A stretch of DNA of 63,977 nucleotides, counting the filler, from Octopus bimaculoides (Eukaryota): assembly GCF_001194135.2 (NCBI RefSeq). It is 5 parts of 4 records of this genome, joined end to end, with 100 filler letters (N's around TTAATTAATTAA, not from the genome) between each part and the next. Parts side by side here need not be neighbours in the genome. Positions count along the whole stretch, not along the records: positions 24,199 to 29,108 come from NC_068983.1; positions 29,209 to 58,606 come from NC_068983.1; 3 more parts are not named here. One strand, given 5' to 3'. Below the pieces are notes generated by a model. That model did no database searches, was not told the DNA's origin, and saw only the letters and a program-made list of their open reading frames with translations. Shown here piece after piece: positions 26,338 to 38,436 of this stretch. A program made the position numbers and the translations under genes. Position 1 is the first letter of the stretch. Each line of letters begins with the position of its first letter.

Positions 26338-26610
26338 TAGTTCTATATTAAGGGATGAGGAATTATGTACATTATTTACATTTGACGGATATTTGTCCTC
26401 ATCTTGTTTGTTGTTAACACAACGTTTCGGCTGATATACCCTCCAGCCGTCATCAGGTGTCTTGGGGAAATTTCGAACCTGTGCTCTCATTCTTAAGGTA
26501 TTTTTCGATGTTATTATTATTATTATTATTATTATTCAGGTCACTGCCTGGAATCGAACTCGGAATCTTGGGGTTAGTAGCCAGCGCTCTTAACTACTAC
26601 GCTATATGCT
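26338..26610 (-). mobile_element. tRNA-headed SINE with internal hammerhead (family H)
   Basis: A-box TAGCGTAGTAG (26604-26594), GG-CTACTAA-CC anticodon-like loop, B-box GAGTTCGATTCC (26561-26550), (AAT)n, hammerhead, AT-rich tail. The 5' end abuts a gap. Confidence 0.8.
26416..26461 (-). ncRNA. Minimal type I hammerhead ribozyme
   Basis: GACAC-CTGATGA-C-GGCTG(GAGGGTATAT)CAGCC-GAAA-CG-TT^GTGTT: core intact, stem I 5 bp including one G.U, palindromic AACGTT stem III. Confidence 0.7.
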
Positions 26611-27190
26611 NNNNNNNNNNNNNNNNNNNNNNNNNNNNNNNNNNNNNNNNNNNNNNNNNNNNNNNNNNNNNNNNNNNNNNNNNNNNNNNNNNNNNNNNNN
26701 NNNNNNNNNNNNNNNNNNNNNNNNNNNNNNNNNNNNNNNNNNNNNNNNNNNNNNNNNNNNNNNNNNNNNNNNNNNNNNNNNNNNNNNNNNNNNNNNNNNN
26801 NNNNNNNNNNNNNNNNNNNNNNNNNNNNNNNNNNNNNNNNNNTGTGTGTGTGTGTGTGTGTGTGTGCGTGTGCGTGTGTGTGTGTGTGTGTGTATACATA
26901 CATACATATACCCACGTACATACATAAAATACCTGTACACACATTTACACACACCCACATGTATCCGTTTGTATGTCCATATATATAGTATTAAATGATT
27001 GTGATCCTTAAAGTAAGATAGGGAAGTTAATTAAGGATTAAAAATTAAGATGGAGATAAGTAGGGTTGTTGGGGATTGCCTACGGGGTGTTGCAGATATA
27101 TACTGTGTCGTTATGTAGGTTGCATTTAGATTTGTGGTAAAATTTGAAGGTATGAAAAAAATGGTGTTTGCATATACTTAGGGCCCCATT

Positions 27191-27527
27191 TTATTTGTTT
27201 AGTAGTGTTGAGGAGCTGTATTTAAATATGTGGAATACCTCTTTAAGGCATAACTTACAGGCTAAGCGTTGACCTTGGTATGGAAGCCCAGAATCTATTG
27301 TGGACCATGAAAAAGTGTAGAGAATATTTCTGTTCTTGAGGTGATGTATGTGACTGGCGAGTGTTGTGAATTTACTGTTTCTCGTATCTAAAAGAATTGA
27401 GATGAGCGGCATTTCGCTGTTTAAAATTTATGGTTGATCCTATATATATAGCAGTAGAATTGTGTAATGTGTTGAGGACGGTGCATTTATAAATTACATT
27501 AAATCTTCTACATTGGGTTTGTAGAGA

Positions 27528-27530
<3 letters not shown>
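27191..27530 (-). mobile_element. Penelope-like element GIY-YIG endonuclease fragment
   Basis: NVIYKCTV...YIGSTINFKQR...HLNSFRYEK / TTLASHIHHLK...YTFSWS...CKLCLKEVFHI...LLNK, with one frameshift. Confidence 0.85.
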
Positions 27531-27562
<32 letters not shown>

Positions 27563-27572
27563 NNNNNNNNNN

Positions 27573-27605
<33 letters not shown>

Positions 27606-27972
27606 TTTGCACCCAGTATTAGAATAGCGACAGATATCCTTACGTTGCATTTGAGCAAGCACAGCAGGGTTCAATATTATTCAAAATGGGGCACAACAGT
27701 AATGGCACTAATTATGGAGCTATGTGATAACGAAGAATTCGTATAGGCAATTTATACTATCTGAGAGACAAGACAATATTAAGAATTATAAGGATGATTA
27801 GCTCACTTCAGATAGACCCTCAGACATTCACATATACCACCATCCCACGTTTATATACAGACACAAGAACTTATAATGTATATATATACGATATACTCAG
27901 AAATAGCTGATTTCTAAAATCAATTTACAGTTTTTGTTACACTTTGCATGAAATTTCTCTCTAATTTTGTAG

Positions 27973-28070
27973 TGGTCGGCGGGCAATTTTTCGAATACAC
28001 GCATGAACTTTGGCGCCTGATTAAAGACAATCCAAATGCTATAGTAATAACTTATGAAGAAATGAAAAAG
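27973..28070 (+). CDS. Cytosolic sulfotransferase (Sulfotransfer_1), internal exon
   Basis: Acceptor ttttgtag and donor AAG|gtaagt. The 98-nt exon (phase 1 in, phase 0 out) reads (x)VGGQFFEYTHELWRLIKDNPNAIVITYEEMKK. This matches the SULT segment 'YGSWFDHVKGWW...VLFLxYEDMK' and the known intron phases around that exon. Confidence 0.85.
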
Positions 28071-28399
28071 GTAAGTATGTTTACGTCACCCGTTATTTTG
28101 TCATTCATCGACTGATATAAAACTTATTAGTTCTTAGTTCAACCCGAATAGGCTTGTAGTATCAGTGATTATATTCATTTTTATATGTAGTTAAAGCAGA
28201 TAATATTTGTTAGAGAACAAAGATTACGATCTCTTAAATTCTAATTTCTTCCACTATGGTGTATGCGTACATACATACGTACGTACATATGTACAAATAA
28301 GCAAACATACTTACATAATGACATACACATACACAACCATACATACCTACATAAACGCATATATAAATGATATCTTGTTTATTCCGCGCTTGGCGCTAC

Positions 28400-28627
28400 T
28401 CATTCACAAACAGGAGGAGAATATAACCTATGGTGATACTTGTAACAAAGAACGCATAACCAAAAAATATTGCACAGTGATAAAAAGCATAGGCCTCAGA
28501 ACTCGCAGAAAACAAACAATGAACGGCACACAATGTATTTTCAGTACTACTACTCGCACCAATATTTGTGGTTGTTGATTGGACACTAGATGAGATACAA
28601 ACCATTCATTTTAAAGCCCGAGAGCTA
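28400..28627 (+). mobile_element. R4/Dong-like LINE, post-RT fragment inside the SULT intron
   Basis: KERITKKY... and VVDWTLDEIQTIHFKAREL resemble the post-RT 'FGIxxWTxxELxxxDRKTRKLL' motif. Confidence 0.55.
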
Positions 28628-29075
28628 NNNNNNNNNNNNNNNNNNNNNNNNNNNNNNNNNNNNNNNNNNNNNNNNNNNNNNNNNNNNNNNNNNNNNNNNN
28701 NNNNNNNNNNNNNNNNNNNNNNNNNNNCGAATATAAAATTATTTGTAATTTATATAACGTGAAACGCCTTCAACAAAGTATTGAAGTCACATAATGTTCT
28801 GGGGCATGTCGGCAGACACCTTTTGATATAAGGCACCTACGATGACAAAATATTAATTTTATATATTTGCATAAAACCAGAAGTCTGTAAAGAAGATGGA
28901 TAGATCTCAGTATATTATTACGATTTGTTTTATTGCACCACAAGATTTTAAAATGGAGGCACATGATTATATACCAAATCTGAATATGCTTGACAATCTG
29001 CTGTTTTTGGCATTCTTTACTATGATAAATGCTAGAACTGAATTCATAATAAAATTTTTAATAATTTTTTTTTAG

Positions 29076-29108
29076 GTCAAATTGCGACTTGGAAAAAGTG
29101 GTTAACTG
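29076..29108 (+). CDS. Cytosolic sulfotransferase, start of last exon (cut by gap)
   Basis: Poly-T acceptor tttttag, then GT CAA ATT GCG ACT TGG AAA AAG TGG TTA ACT G = (G)QIATWKKWLT. This matches '(RK)G..GDWK..FT' with the conserved phase-1 intron inside the Gly codon, 1 kb downstream of the other SULT exon on the same strand. Confidence 0.65.
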
Positions 29109-29208
29109 NNNNNNNNNNNNNNNNNNNNNNNNNNNNNNNNNNNNNNNNNNNNTTAATTAATTAANNNNNNNNNNNNNNNNNNNNNNNNNNNNNNNNNNNN
29201 NNNNNNNN

Positions 29209-29264
<56 letters not shown>

Positions 29265-29326
29265 TATGCAGGTATAGACTCATACACATATACACCGAAT
29301 AAATACCGATATATATGTAATACATA

Positions 29327-29359
<33 letters not shown>

Positions 29360-30955
29360 TGTATGCATGTATGGATGGATGGATGGATGGATGGATGGAT
29401 GGGTGTGTGTATGCATATATGTCTGAATGTATATACGTATGTATATATATATGCATTTGTGCTTGTGTATGAGCCTGTTTGATTTCCTTTTCTTTCATCG
29501 ATACTTCTAGTCGTCATTATATCTTTTATGATCTCGTTTGTTGACAAGGCATACTTCTTGCATAAATGCTTGTATATATTTGTGTGATATTAGCTACTGT
29601 ACATCTTGAGCTTTCATAAATATTTATAATCGATTCATTCTTCGTACAATGCACATGTATTTATACATATGTGCTTTAATACATATACATGAGGAAACTG
29701 ATAAATCTTTATATGACTTACACGCATATATAACTATTCTAGATGTGTGAGGTTTGTTTAACTGTAAACATATAGAACTTTCCGTTTCTTAAATATCTTA
29801 TTTTAAAACTATTTTTATCTCAGAATGAGGTTTTCCTTTTGAAGCGTAGTCTATATAGAACCATTCTAATTTACGTCAAAATGTAGCACTATCTTTCTTC
29901 TATGCTGTTGTGAATGGCATTTCTTTGAAATATATACTTCTCTGGGTTCCTATCGATAAACAGATTGGTCTGGTTTATCGAAACAGTGAGTGGTCACATA
30001 GAACTTAAGAAATATGTTGTTTATATATTTCTGTATTTATACTTATTTGTTGCCTAAAGCTAACAATCGAAAACACTATTGTTTGACTAGAAAGAAATAA
30101 TATGGATCCATATATATCATCGTCCGTCTGTCAAAACATTAAAAAGTTACAGGTTTCTTGTTTCCCACACAATATCGGAATTCCAACATCTTTAACGGTA
30201 ACAGTATGAAGGAAAAAGCTAGCTAAGAGTAGACATTATTACATCAATAAAAGGAATTCTTGTTATAACAACGAGAGAAATGTTAGTAGTAAAGATGTTC
30301 TATATTGCCTTGTTTTAACCATTGGGACATCGGTGTGTTCGCTATGAAAATATGAGGTTTTAAATTAGATCACTCTGTATAACTCTACAGGTATGGTTAT
30401 CAGTCGTAGCCTAACCCATTTTAGCAAAATTTCCTGGACAGAAAGTATTTGAATGAAGATTTGGGAAACCGTTTGTATTTTAGATTGTATACTTATTTTG
30501 TCATTCGATTTGACATCACCTCACAGCCTGTGATGTGCTTTTAGCTGGGACACTCCGTTATAAGAACACGATCTAAAAATAATTCTATTCCACCTGCAAA
30601 AATTAGAGATCATCAAATCCCGCATAGCTACAGCATTGACAGTCACAAAATGAAAGAAATCTTTAAAAATGCATTACTTAAGCAAACTGTCACGTACCGT
30701 TACATTTTGATTATTTGCATAGATAGCTATGTTTAAGAGAAAATAGCAACAACTGTCGATATTCTCCACACTGGCATAAACCACCTTTCTCTACCGCGCA
30801 ACGGTCTTCCTTGCGGGATTTAAGGACGGGGTGAAGAGTGGATTACACCTACAATTTTGATTAAAATTAGGCTTAATGGCAGATATACAAGAACACACTT
30901 TCTCACACAAAAAGAGATTTGCACTTCTGTCTCTGTCTACCTATCTATCTATCTA

Positions 30956-31011
<56 letters not shown>

Positions 31012-31059
31012 TACATACACACACACACGCGCACACACACACGCACACACACACACACA

Positions 31060-31295
31060 CGAGAGGATATTGATAAATCAGGTATAGCTGATCATGTATG
31101 GTAAAATGGAGACCACCTCTCCCTTTGGAATGAAGTTAAAATAATAGACGGAGAACGCCACTGGAAAATACGAAAGAGAAAAGAAGCAGCACATATGCTA
31201 GGACACAACAACCTCCTAAGCCGACCGAGTGCAGATATGAGTAGCATATGGGAACCGGTATTACAGAAGGATAGGAAAATATTAGATTATTAAGC
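31060..31295 (+). mobile_element. Penelope-like GIY-YIG C-terminal fragment (second subfamily)
   Basis: DIDKSGIADHVW*NGDHLSLWNEVKIIDGERHWKIRKRKEAAHMLGHNNLLSRPS...IWEPVL. Confidence 0.75.
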
Positions 31296-31319
31296 CTTAA
31301 GATTCGATCCATTATTGCC

Positions 31320-31410
31320 CACGCGCATATGGCGTGGTGGCTAAGAGCGCGGGCTATTAACCCCGATTCCAGACAGTGACCCGAATAATAATAATAACAA
31401 CAGCAACAAC
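31320..31410 (+). mobile_element. Family H tRNA head only, B-box deleted
   Basis: GCATATGGCGTGGTGGCTAAGAGCGCGGGCTATTAACCCC|GATTCCAGACAGTGACCCG(AAT)n. Confidence 0.7.
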
Positions 31411-31677
31411 TAATTTTTATTATTATCACTGATATTATAATTTTTATTTTTTACAATTTGTCATTGTTAATATTTCCTCTGATCCGACATGAGTTTATAC
31501 TTATTGTCATTAACACCTTCGTGTTAACACTAGGGTTCTTGTCTTATCTATTAGCGTAGACAATTTGATACAGCACTGCTTCTATAATTATAAACAAATA
31601 AATGTAGTCAAAGAAACAAAGAAACTAATATTCACGCGTATTTTTTCCGTGAAGTGTATATGTTTGTTTAATGCCGG

Positions 31678-31710
<33 letters not shown>

Positions 31711-31814
31711 NNNNNNNNNNNNNNNNNNNNNNNNNNNNNNNNNNNNNNNNNNNNNNNNNNNNNNNNNNNNNNNNNNNNNNNNNNNNNNNNATATAGGAGA
31801 CCAAAGTGTACGTA

Positions 31815-32470
31815 CGGTGCTATATTTTTTTTATATATAAAAATACAAAAATGGGACAAGAACGCAAAGCATCCAGACAGTTAGGTGATACAAAAAAGAG
31901 ACAACAAAACATCCAGACAGACGATACAAAGAAACCAAGGACGGGTCATTCGGAGTTTTCTATCCTCAGTCGAGTTCCAGATTATCTTCGCAATTTCGGC
32001 TGGTTATCCTCGGGATTGCTCCAATCTGGCCAGCCCCAAGGGAAAACTAAGCTAAGAGCATTAGATTCCTTGGAAGAAAGCAGCGAATGTATACGAAAGC
32101 AAGGACGGTAAAAAATGGAGAATGTGAGAATGTTACACCAATACAAATGCAAATAACAGGACATAACAACAGGTGTCTTTCGTCTAAGGACGAATTAAAT
32201 TAAGCTGGCGTGTGTGGCAGTAAAGCCTTACGGAAGGGACATAATATTAGAGAGGCACAGGGAGGAATATAGATGTTGCACAAATGGTAGTCGAACCAAG
32301 AACGAAATATCAGGCTTGGCCGAACATCGGTCACGTGGAGAGAGAAGAGAGAGCAGTAGAGGCAGAGGGATAGAAGAAATAAGGAGGGGCGAGAAAAAAT
32401 AAAAGGGACACAGTGAAGGGAAAGTGAGCATAAAGAGAAGGCCAGGAAACGTGAGAGAGCTTTTGTGATC
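31815..32470 (-). repeat. Repeat family C, long copy
   Basis: Reverse complement of 6300-7005. Confidence 0.7.
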
Positions 32471-32889
32471 AATAATGACTAGCCTTTGTCGTTTGTTTTT
32501 ATCCGATTCACTTAGGTGTATGTGTGCATTTGTTTATACATTAATTAATGTTATTTTGAAATATCAAAATGTGTTCATGTAAAACTAGGGTGTATACATA
32601 ATTAATTCGTTTATGTACTGACGTGTTTGTTAATCAGATATAGTCCAATATGTACTTACTCGGATATCGTCCAGCACTTTTAATGAGTATTATTATTTTT
32701 TTCTTACTTTTAATCTGCACGTTTGTTACAGTCACTTGTCGAAACACATCCAGTGTGCTGTGGAGGATAAACAGTAAGACTGAAAGCCTGGATCATTCTG
32801 TCAGAGTTGACTGAAAAATTCCAGACGATAGTGGACAGTTTAACCTTCAACGACTGATTATTATTTCAATTTTTTTTCCATAAGAGAAG

Positions 32890-33567
32890 CTTGGGAGAGG
32901 TGGAGATGAATCCATTACATCTACGCCAGTGATCAACTGGTACTTATTTGATTGACCCCCCCCCACACACACAAGGAAAAAAGGTATAGTCGACCTCGGC
33001 TGAATTTGAACTCAGACGTAGTGAGGGGCGAACTACTGCTAAGCATTTCGTGCAGCATGTAAGGGATTCTGCCAGCTCACCGACTTAATTATGATTTCTC
33101 AAATTTTGCTACAAGGGCAGCCATTTTGGGGAGAGGGAATGAGTCGACCCCACTTTTTCACTGGAATTTAGTTTATCGACCCCGAAAGGATGAAAGGCAA
33201 AGTCGACCTCAGCGAAAGTTGAACGTATCGACGGGCGAGATATCGCTAAGTATTCTGTCCAGTGTGACTTATTCGCCGCCTGAATAATAATAATAATCAT
33301 TTCTACTATTCTTACAAGGCCTGAAATTGTTAGGGAGGGGTTCACTCGATTACATCGACCAGAATATTCATGACCCTAGTACTCGAAGTGTACGTGGAAG
33401 AAACAGGGGCTGCAATAAGGGTAGAGCACTTGCAGAAAATAGCACTGCTTGGAACCGCTCGAATAATCCGGAAGGGGCTCGAAAAATAAGAGGTGTTACC
33501 ATAGTTCACTGGTAGTGAATAGCTGACACTATAGTACATCTCCAGCGTTAGAAGCTGTGCAAAGGCA

Positions 33568-33634
<67 letters not shown>

Positions 33635-33830
33635 CAATGACAATCTTTTCTACTATAGGGAAATTTGGTGGGAGTGCGCTCGTCGTGTGTAAGTGGTATT
33701 TATTTCATCGAACCCGAAAGGCTGAAAAGCAAAGTCGACCTCGGTGGAATTTTAACTGTGAATGAAGGGACGGGTGAAATGCCGCTAAGCATTTTGTCCA
33801 GCATGCTGACGATTCTGCCAACTCACCGCC

Positions 33831-33883
<53 letters not shown>

Positions 33884-34720
33884 CCTTTCATGCGAAGGCA
33901 CTAGGCCTTGAAATTTGGGTGGGGGAAGTAGTTGATTGCATCGAACTCAGTGTTTCACAGGTACTTAATTTATCGACGCGAAAGGATGAAAAGTGGATGG
34001 AATTTGAACTCAGAAGGTAGCAGCAGACGAAATACTGCTAAGCATATCGCCTGACACGCTAACGATTCTTCCAGCTCGCCTACTTAATAATAATAATAAT
34101 GATGAGTTCATATATCCACCACAAGGGCGAAGGGTGAGGGGGACAGTGGAAAGACAGACATAAAGTCTGTGGGTTTACATATAAGGAAATTATAATAAAA
34201 TAAAGAACAAAAGAAAGAAAATATACTCTCTATACATTGAAAAAGAAGAGGCATACGCATTGAACTCATAAGGTTTAGATAAAAGAAAAAGTGGCGGGGA
34301 GTATGATAGGGATGTGGTCCTCCTGGTACAGGAAGACCGCAGTATTCAACTGGTAAATAATTTATCGACGCCGAAAAGATTAAAGGTAATGCCGATCTAG
34401 GTGGAATTTGAACTCAAGAAGTAGCGACGTGCGAAATACCATTAACCATTTCAGCCAGCGTGCTAACGGTTCTGCCAGCTCGCTCACTTAATAATGATAA
34501 ATATTATAACAATAATAATAATGATTTCAAACTTTGCCACAAGGGCAGCCATTCTGGGGACGGAATGAGTCGATTACATCGATTCCAGTGTTTCACCCTC
34601 GAAAAGATGAAATGCATAGTCGACTACGGTGGAATTTGAACTCAGAAGGTAGCGACGGACGACATGCCACTAAACATTTCGTTCAGCGTCCTAACGATTC
34701 TTCCAGCTCGCTCACAGAAT
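32890..34720 (-). mobile_element. Same-orientation array of about 7 SINE family A copies or fragments
   Basis: Units at about 32890, 33110, 33300, 33650, 33890, 34330 and 34530, separated by (AAT)n. Confidence 0.85.
33380..33570 (+). mobile_element. R4/Dong-like LINE extreme 3' end
   Basis: VEHLQKIALLGTARIIRKGLEK*, short UTR, (TAA)n tail. Confidence 0.7.
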
Positions 34721-35069
34721 AATAATAACAGTAATAGTGACAAATCATTGGTTTAGTAATAATTAGATATAAGTGTTTACAAAGAGAACCTATAGAAGGC
34801 TATGTTTTATTTATCAGCGTGTTATTGACAAGCTGATATTTGAAAATGATTATGGAAATCTACTTAACATTTTCCTGTCCTTTATGTTTTACTGAACGCT
34901 TGTTTGATTTACAACATTTAATCAATATTGAATCAATCATGTTTGGAAATGAAAACCGTTTAAATTATCGATTTTGCAATTTTACTAAAGTGAAGATTCC
35001 AAAATGCGTCTGAAATATATGAATTTTATTGTTTTCGAAATTCACAATTTGATGCATATTGGAAAGATA

Positions 35070-36349
35070 TAAGGCTGAGTAAAAAGTAAGCGACGTTTTG
35101 AAACATGAAATCCATCAGAATATATTTCAGTAAAACGGAAATTTTATTTATCAAAGTAAGTGTCATTGCAATGAACATATTTTTGCCAATGAGCTACAAG
35201 TTTGTTTATTCCGGTAACATAAAAATCTGGAGTTCTGAAGCTAATGAATTCTTTGAACACACTTACAGCATCGGTTTGATTTTTGAATTCCTTCTCTTGC
35301 ACGAAATCATCAAAGTGCTTGAAAAGGTGTTAGCCGGTAGGAAAAAGATCTGGGAAATAAGCTGGATGGTGAAGAACTTCGTAGCCAAGTTTCCTCAACT
35401 TCTGGAGCGTCATTAGTGAAACGTGTGGTGGAGCATTGTCATGAAGAATGATTGGACCACTTTTGGTGACCTGTCTGGGACACAGGAGTAGCAGTTTTTC
35501 GTTCATTTTGACAGTTTCATGGCAATATGTTTCTACGGCAATGGTTCTTCCTGGTTTTAAGAAATTATAGTGGATGAGTCCAGTAGTAAACCACCAGTCA
35601 CCATAACCATCCTTTTGAAGAGCTCCGCCTTAGGGAAGGTCTTCGGTGCCTCATTCTGGTCAAACTCCTGTGAAGACGTTTTTTTTTTATCATTGTACAC
35701 AATCCAATTTTCATCGAAAGTTACAATACAGTCGAGAAATAGATCGGCCTGGTTACGGAGAAGAGACGAGCAAATTTCATATGTACGCTTTTTCTGAATT
35801 TCATTCAAATCGTGTGGTAGCCATTTGGCGAGCTTTTTTGATTTTCCGATCAAATGCAATTTGTTGCAGACGGTTTTCTGACTAACTGGAAGTTCTGCGA
35901 GTTCTCGAGTGGTTTTACGTGAATCTTTCTCAATGTCGGTGTTTAATTGACCGTCATCGATAACAGATTGGCGTCCACTACACTCCTGACCTTCAAAGCT
36001 CAGGTCTCTACTGCGAAAGCGTTTAAACCTTTTTTTAGCTGACCACACACTAGCTATTTCCTCACGAAACGTTTCGTTGATATTGCGAGCAGTTTCAGCT
36101 GATTTACATCCTTTTTTTGAAGTTGAATAGCAAAATTGCTCGAATATTCCGCTTTGACAGTTTCACTTCAGGTGATTTCAACAACGGTGAAAAAATATCA
36201 ATGTTAATTTATTGATGCATTTGGGCAAGTCTATGTCTGTGTTATCAGACAACTGCAAAAAAAATATTTTAAAAATATTCAAAACTCTGCAAAGATCCAT
36301 AACAAATTCTTCATGGTTTAAAACGCTGCTTACATTTTATTCAAACTGA
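35070..36349 (-). mobile_element. Full-length defective mariner (Mos1/Hsmar1-like)
   Basis: Imperfect TIRs of about 40 nt (35070-35109, 36310-36349) with TA flanks. Transposase motifs: SGR, KWLPHDL, IVTFDENW, HDNAPPH, HPAYFPDL. Stops and frameshifts present; the third catalytic Asp is lost. Confidence 0.92.
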
Positions 36350-36783
36350 TACTACTGCATTAGTGAGAGGAAATATACAGGTGAGAACGAAGTGCTATCT
36401 TGCAAACAGATTCGTTGAAAGATAGGTAAATGTGGTGTGGATAGTCCGAGTGAACGAACTTGCTCTAACCATGCGCCTATAGAGTGAGAATGGTAGATGA
36501 GAACACATCACTGCCCCGAATTCTCGGGGTAATTTTGAGGTAAATTTGGCTTCTCAGTAGATGACATTGCAGATCTCACCCGTTTTCGGGAAGATTTCTG
36601 CTTTGAAGTTTTTGTTTCTTCTTTTGTTATCTTTCCTATTTACACGCCTTCATGTAACCCGATATCCCCACATCATATTACATCATTTCATACTGTAAAC
36701 TATCGTCTTGTACTATCCTCGATATGCATTAAACCCCTTTAGTCGTTAACAAAGAAATCATCATCATCATCATCATCATCATT

Positions 36784-36845
<62 letters not shown>

Positions 36846-37554
36846 TATCATCATCATCATCATCATCATCATCATTATTATTAAGTCAACCAGCAGGCGG
36901 AATTGTTTGGGTGTCGGGGAAATGTTTNNNNNNNNNNNNNNNNNNNNNNNNNNNNNNNNNNNNNNNNNNNNNNNNNNNNNNNNNNNNNNNNNNNNNNNNN
37001 NNNNNNNNNNNNNNNNNNNNNNNNNNNNNNNNNNNNNNNNNNNNNNNNNNNNNNNNNNNNGGTCTCGTCCTTATGGTAGAAAGGATTATTATTATCATCA
37101 TCATTAGTATTTGCTCTTCAAGTTTCGTCAGATGTGGTGGCGTGCGATATTTCTTGATATTTACAAAAGTAATCTAAGGAAGTAATTTTCGTTCATTTCA
37201 GATTTCATTTCGATCGGTTTCTTTATTAAACCTTCTGGAAATTGCTTCTCTCATTATGATTGAAGATAAAGTTTGGATTTTAAAATATTTATATTTTTAT
37301 TTTATCCTCAAACACTGTGACAAAATTGTTTTTTCTTTTTTTTTTTTTTTTAGTCATATTCTGCCCTACAGAAAAAAAAGACATTACGGTGAAAAAATGG
37401 TAATGTCGGCTAAAACATCACAATGTATAAACAATATAAATAAACACACAAACAAATGATAGAAGATTACATAATACTAACACTCCAAATACAACAACAA
37501 ACAGAACAACAGTATGCATGTCGATATTACGTCAAATCAACTAGAACAAAAATC

Positions 37555-37770
37555 CTTTCTAATCTAAGCACAATGCTCGAAATTTTTGGGAAGGGGGGTG
37601 GCAGTCGATCAGATCGACACCCAATACGTAACTGGTACTTAATTTATTTGGCCCGAAAGGATAAAAGGCGGAGTTGAGCTTGGGGGAATTTAAACTCAGA
37701 ACATTAACACAGACGAAATACCGTTAAGCATTTCACCAGGCTTGTTAACGTATCTGCCATCTCCCCGCCT
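37555..37770 (-). mobile_element. SINE family A
   Basis: Family A body and head. Confidence 0.8.
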
Positions 37771-37951
37771 TCAACTAGAACAAGAATATGAGAATCGTAT
37801 CCTTTACAAACTTTCCATGAGTGCTTTATTTAATTAGGCAATGAAACCACCAATTTTGTTGAAATAAGGGACACTCTACAGCACTGTCCAGAATACAAGC
37901 GTCAGCATGAAAGATCCGTCACAGATGGGCGCTGGAGAAGGAGGTAATAAA

Positions 37952-38024
<73 letters not shown>

Positions 38025-38376
38025 TTGATAAACAGTGTGTGAACTATTTCCGAGACGTTTGTTCAATTCCTGTAAAAATTTGAAAGGCATGGCGTCGATT
38101 AATTTGGAAAAAAATAGGGAAGTGAAAATGACATACTGGAAGAGGTGTATTGAAATATTGTTCCCGTGTTAAAACAAGCACTTCCATCATTAGCGCCCAC
38201 GTACCCTACAGAAACTTATGTAGTAATACCCAACATACCCATTCGTCTTATCATCATTATTACTTACATATGTACATACGTACATACATAAATACATACA
38301 TACAAATATATATATAACTCAATGATCGACAAACGCTCATTAGTCCACAAATATTAAATACACACACGCATACGCA

Positions 38377-38436
<60 letters not shown>

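Noticed and set aside
26537-26610. Possible tRNA gene
   Set aside because: No acceptor-stem closure or poly-T terminator; it continues into a SINE body and has degenerate paralogues.
32890-34720. Repeat-spacer-like periodicity suggesting CRISPR
   Set aside because: Units are about 200-nt diverged SINEs with tRNA boxes in a eukaryotic genome; no short identical repeats and no cas genes.
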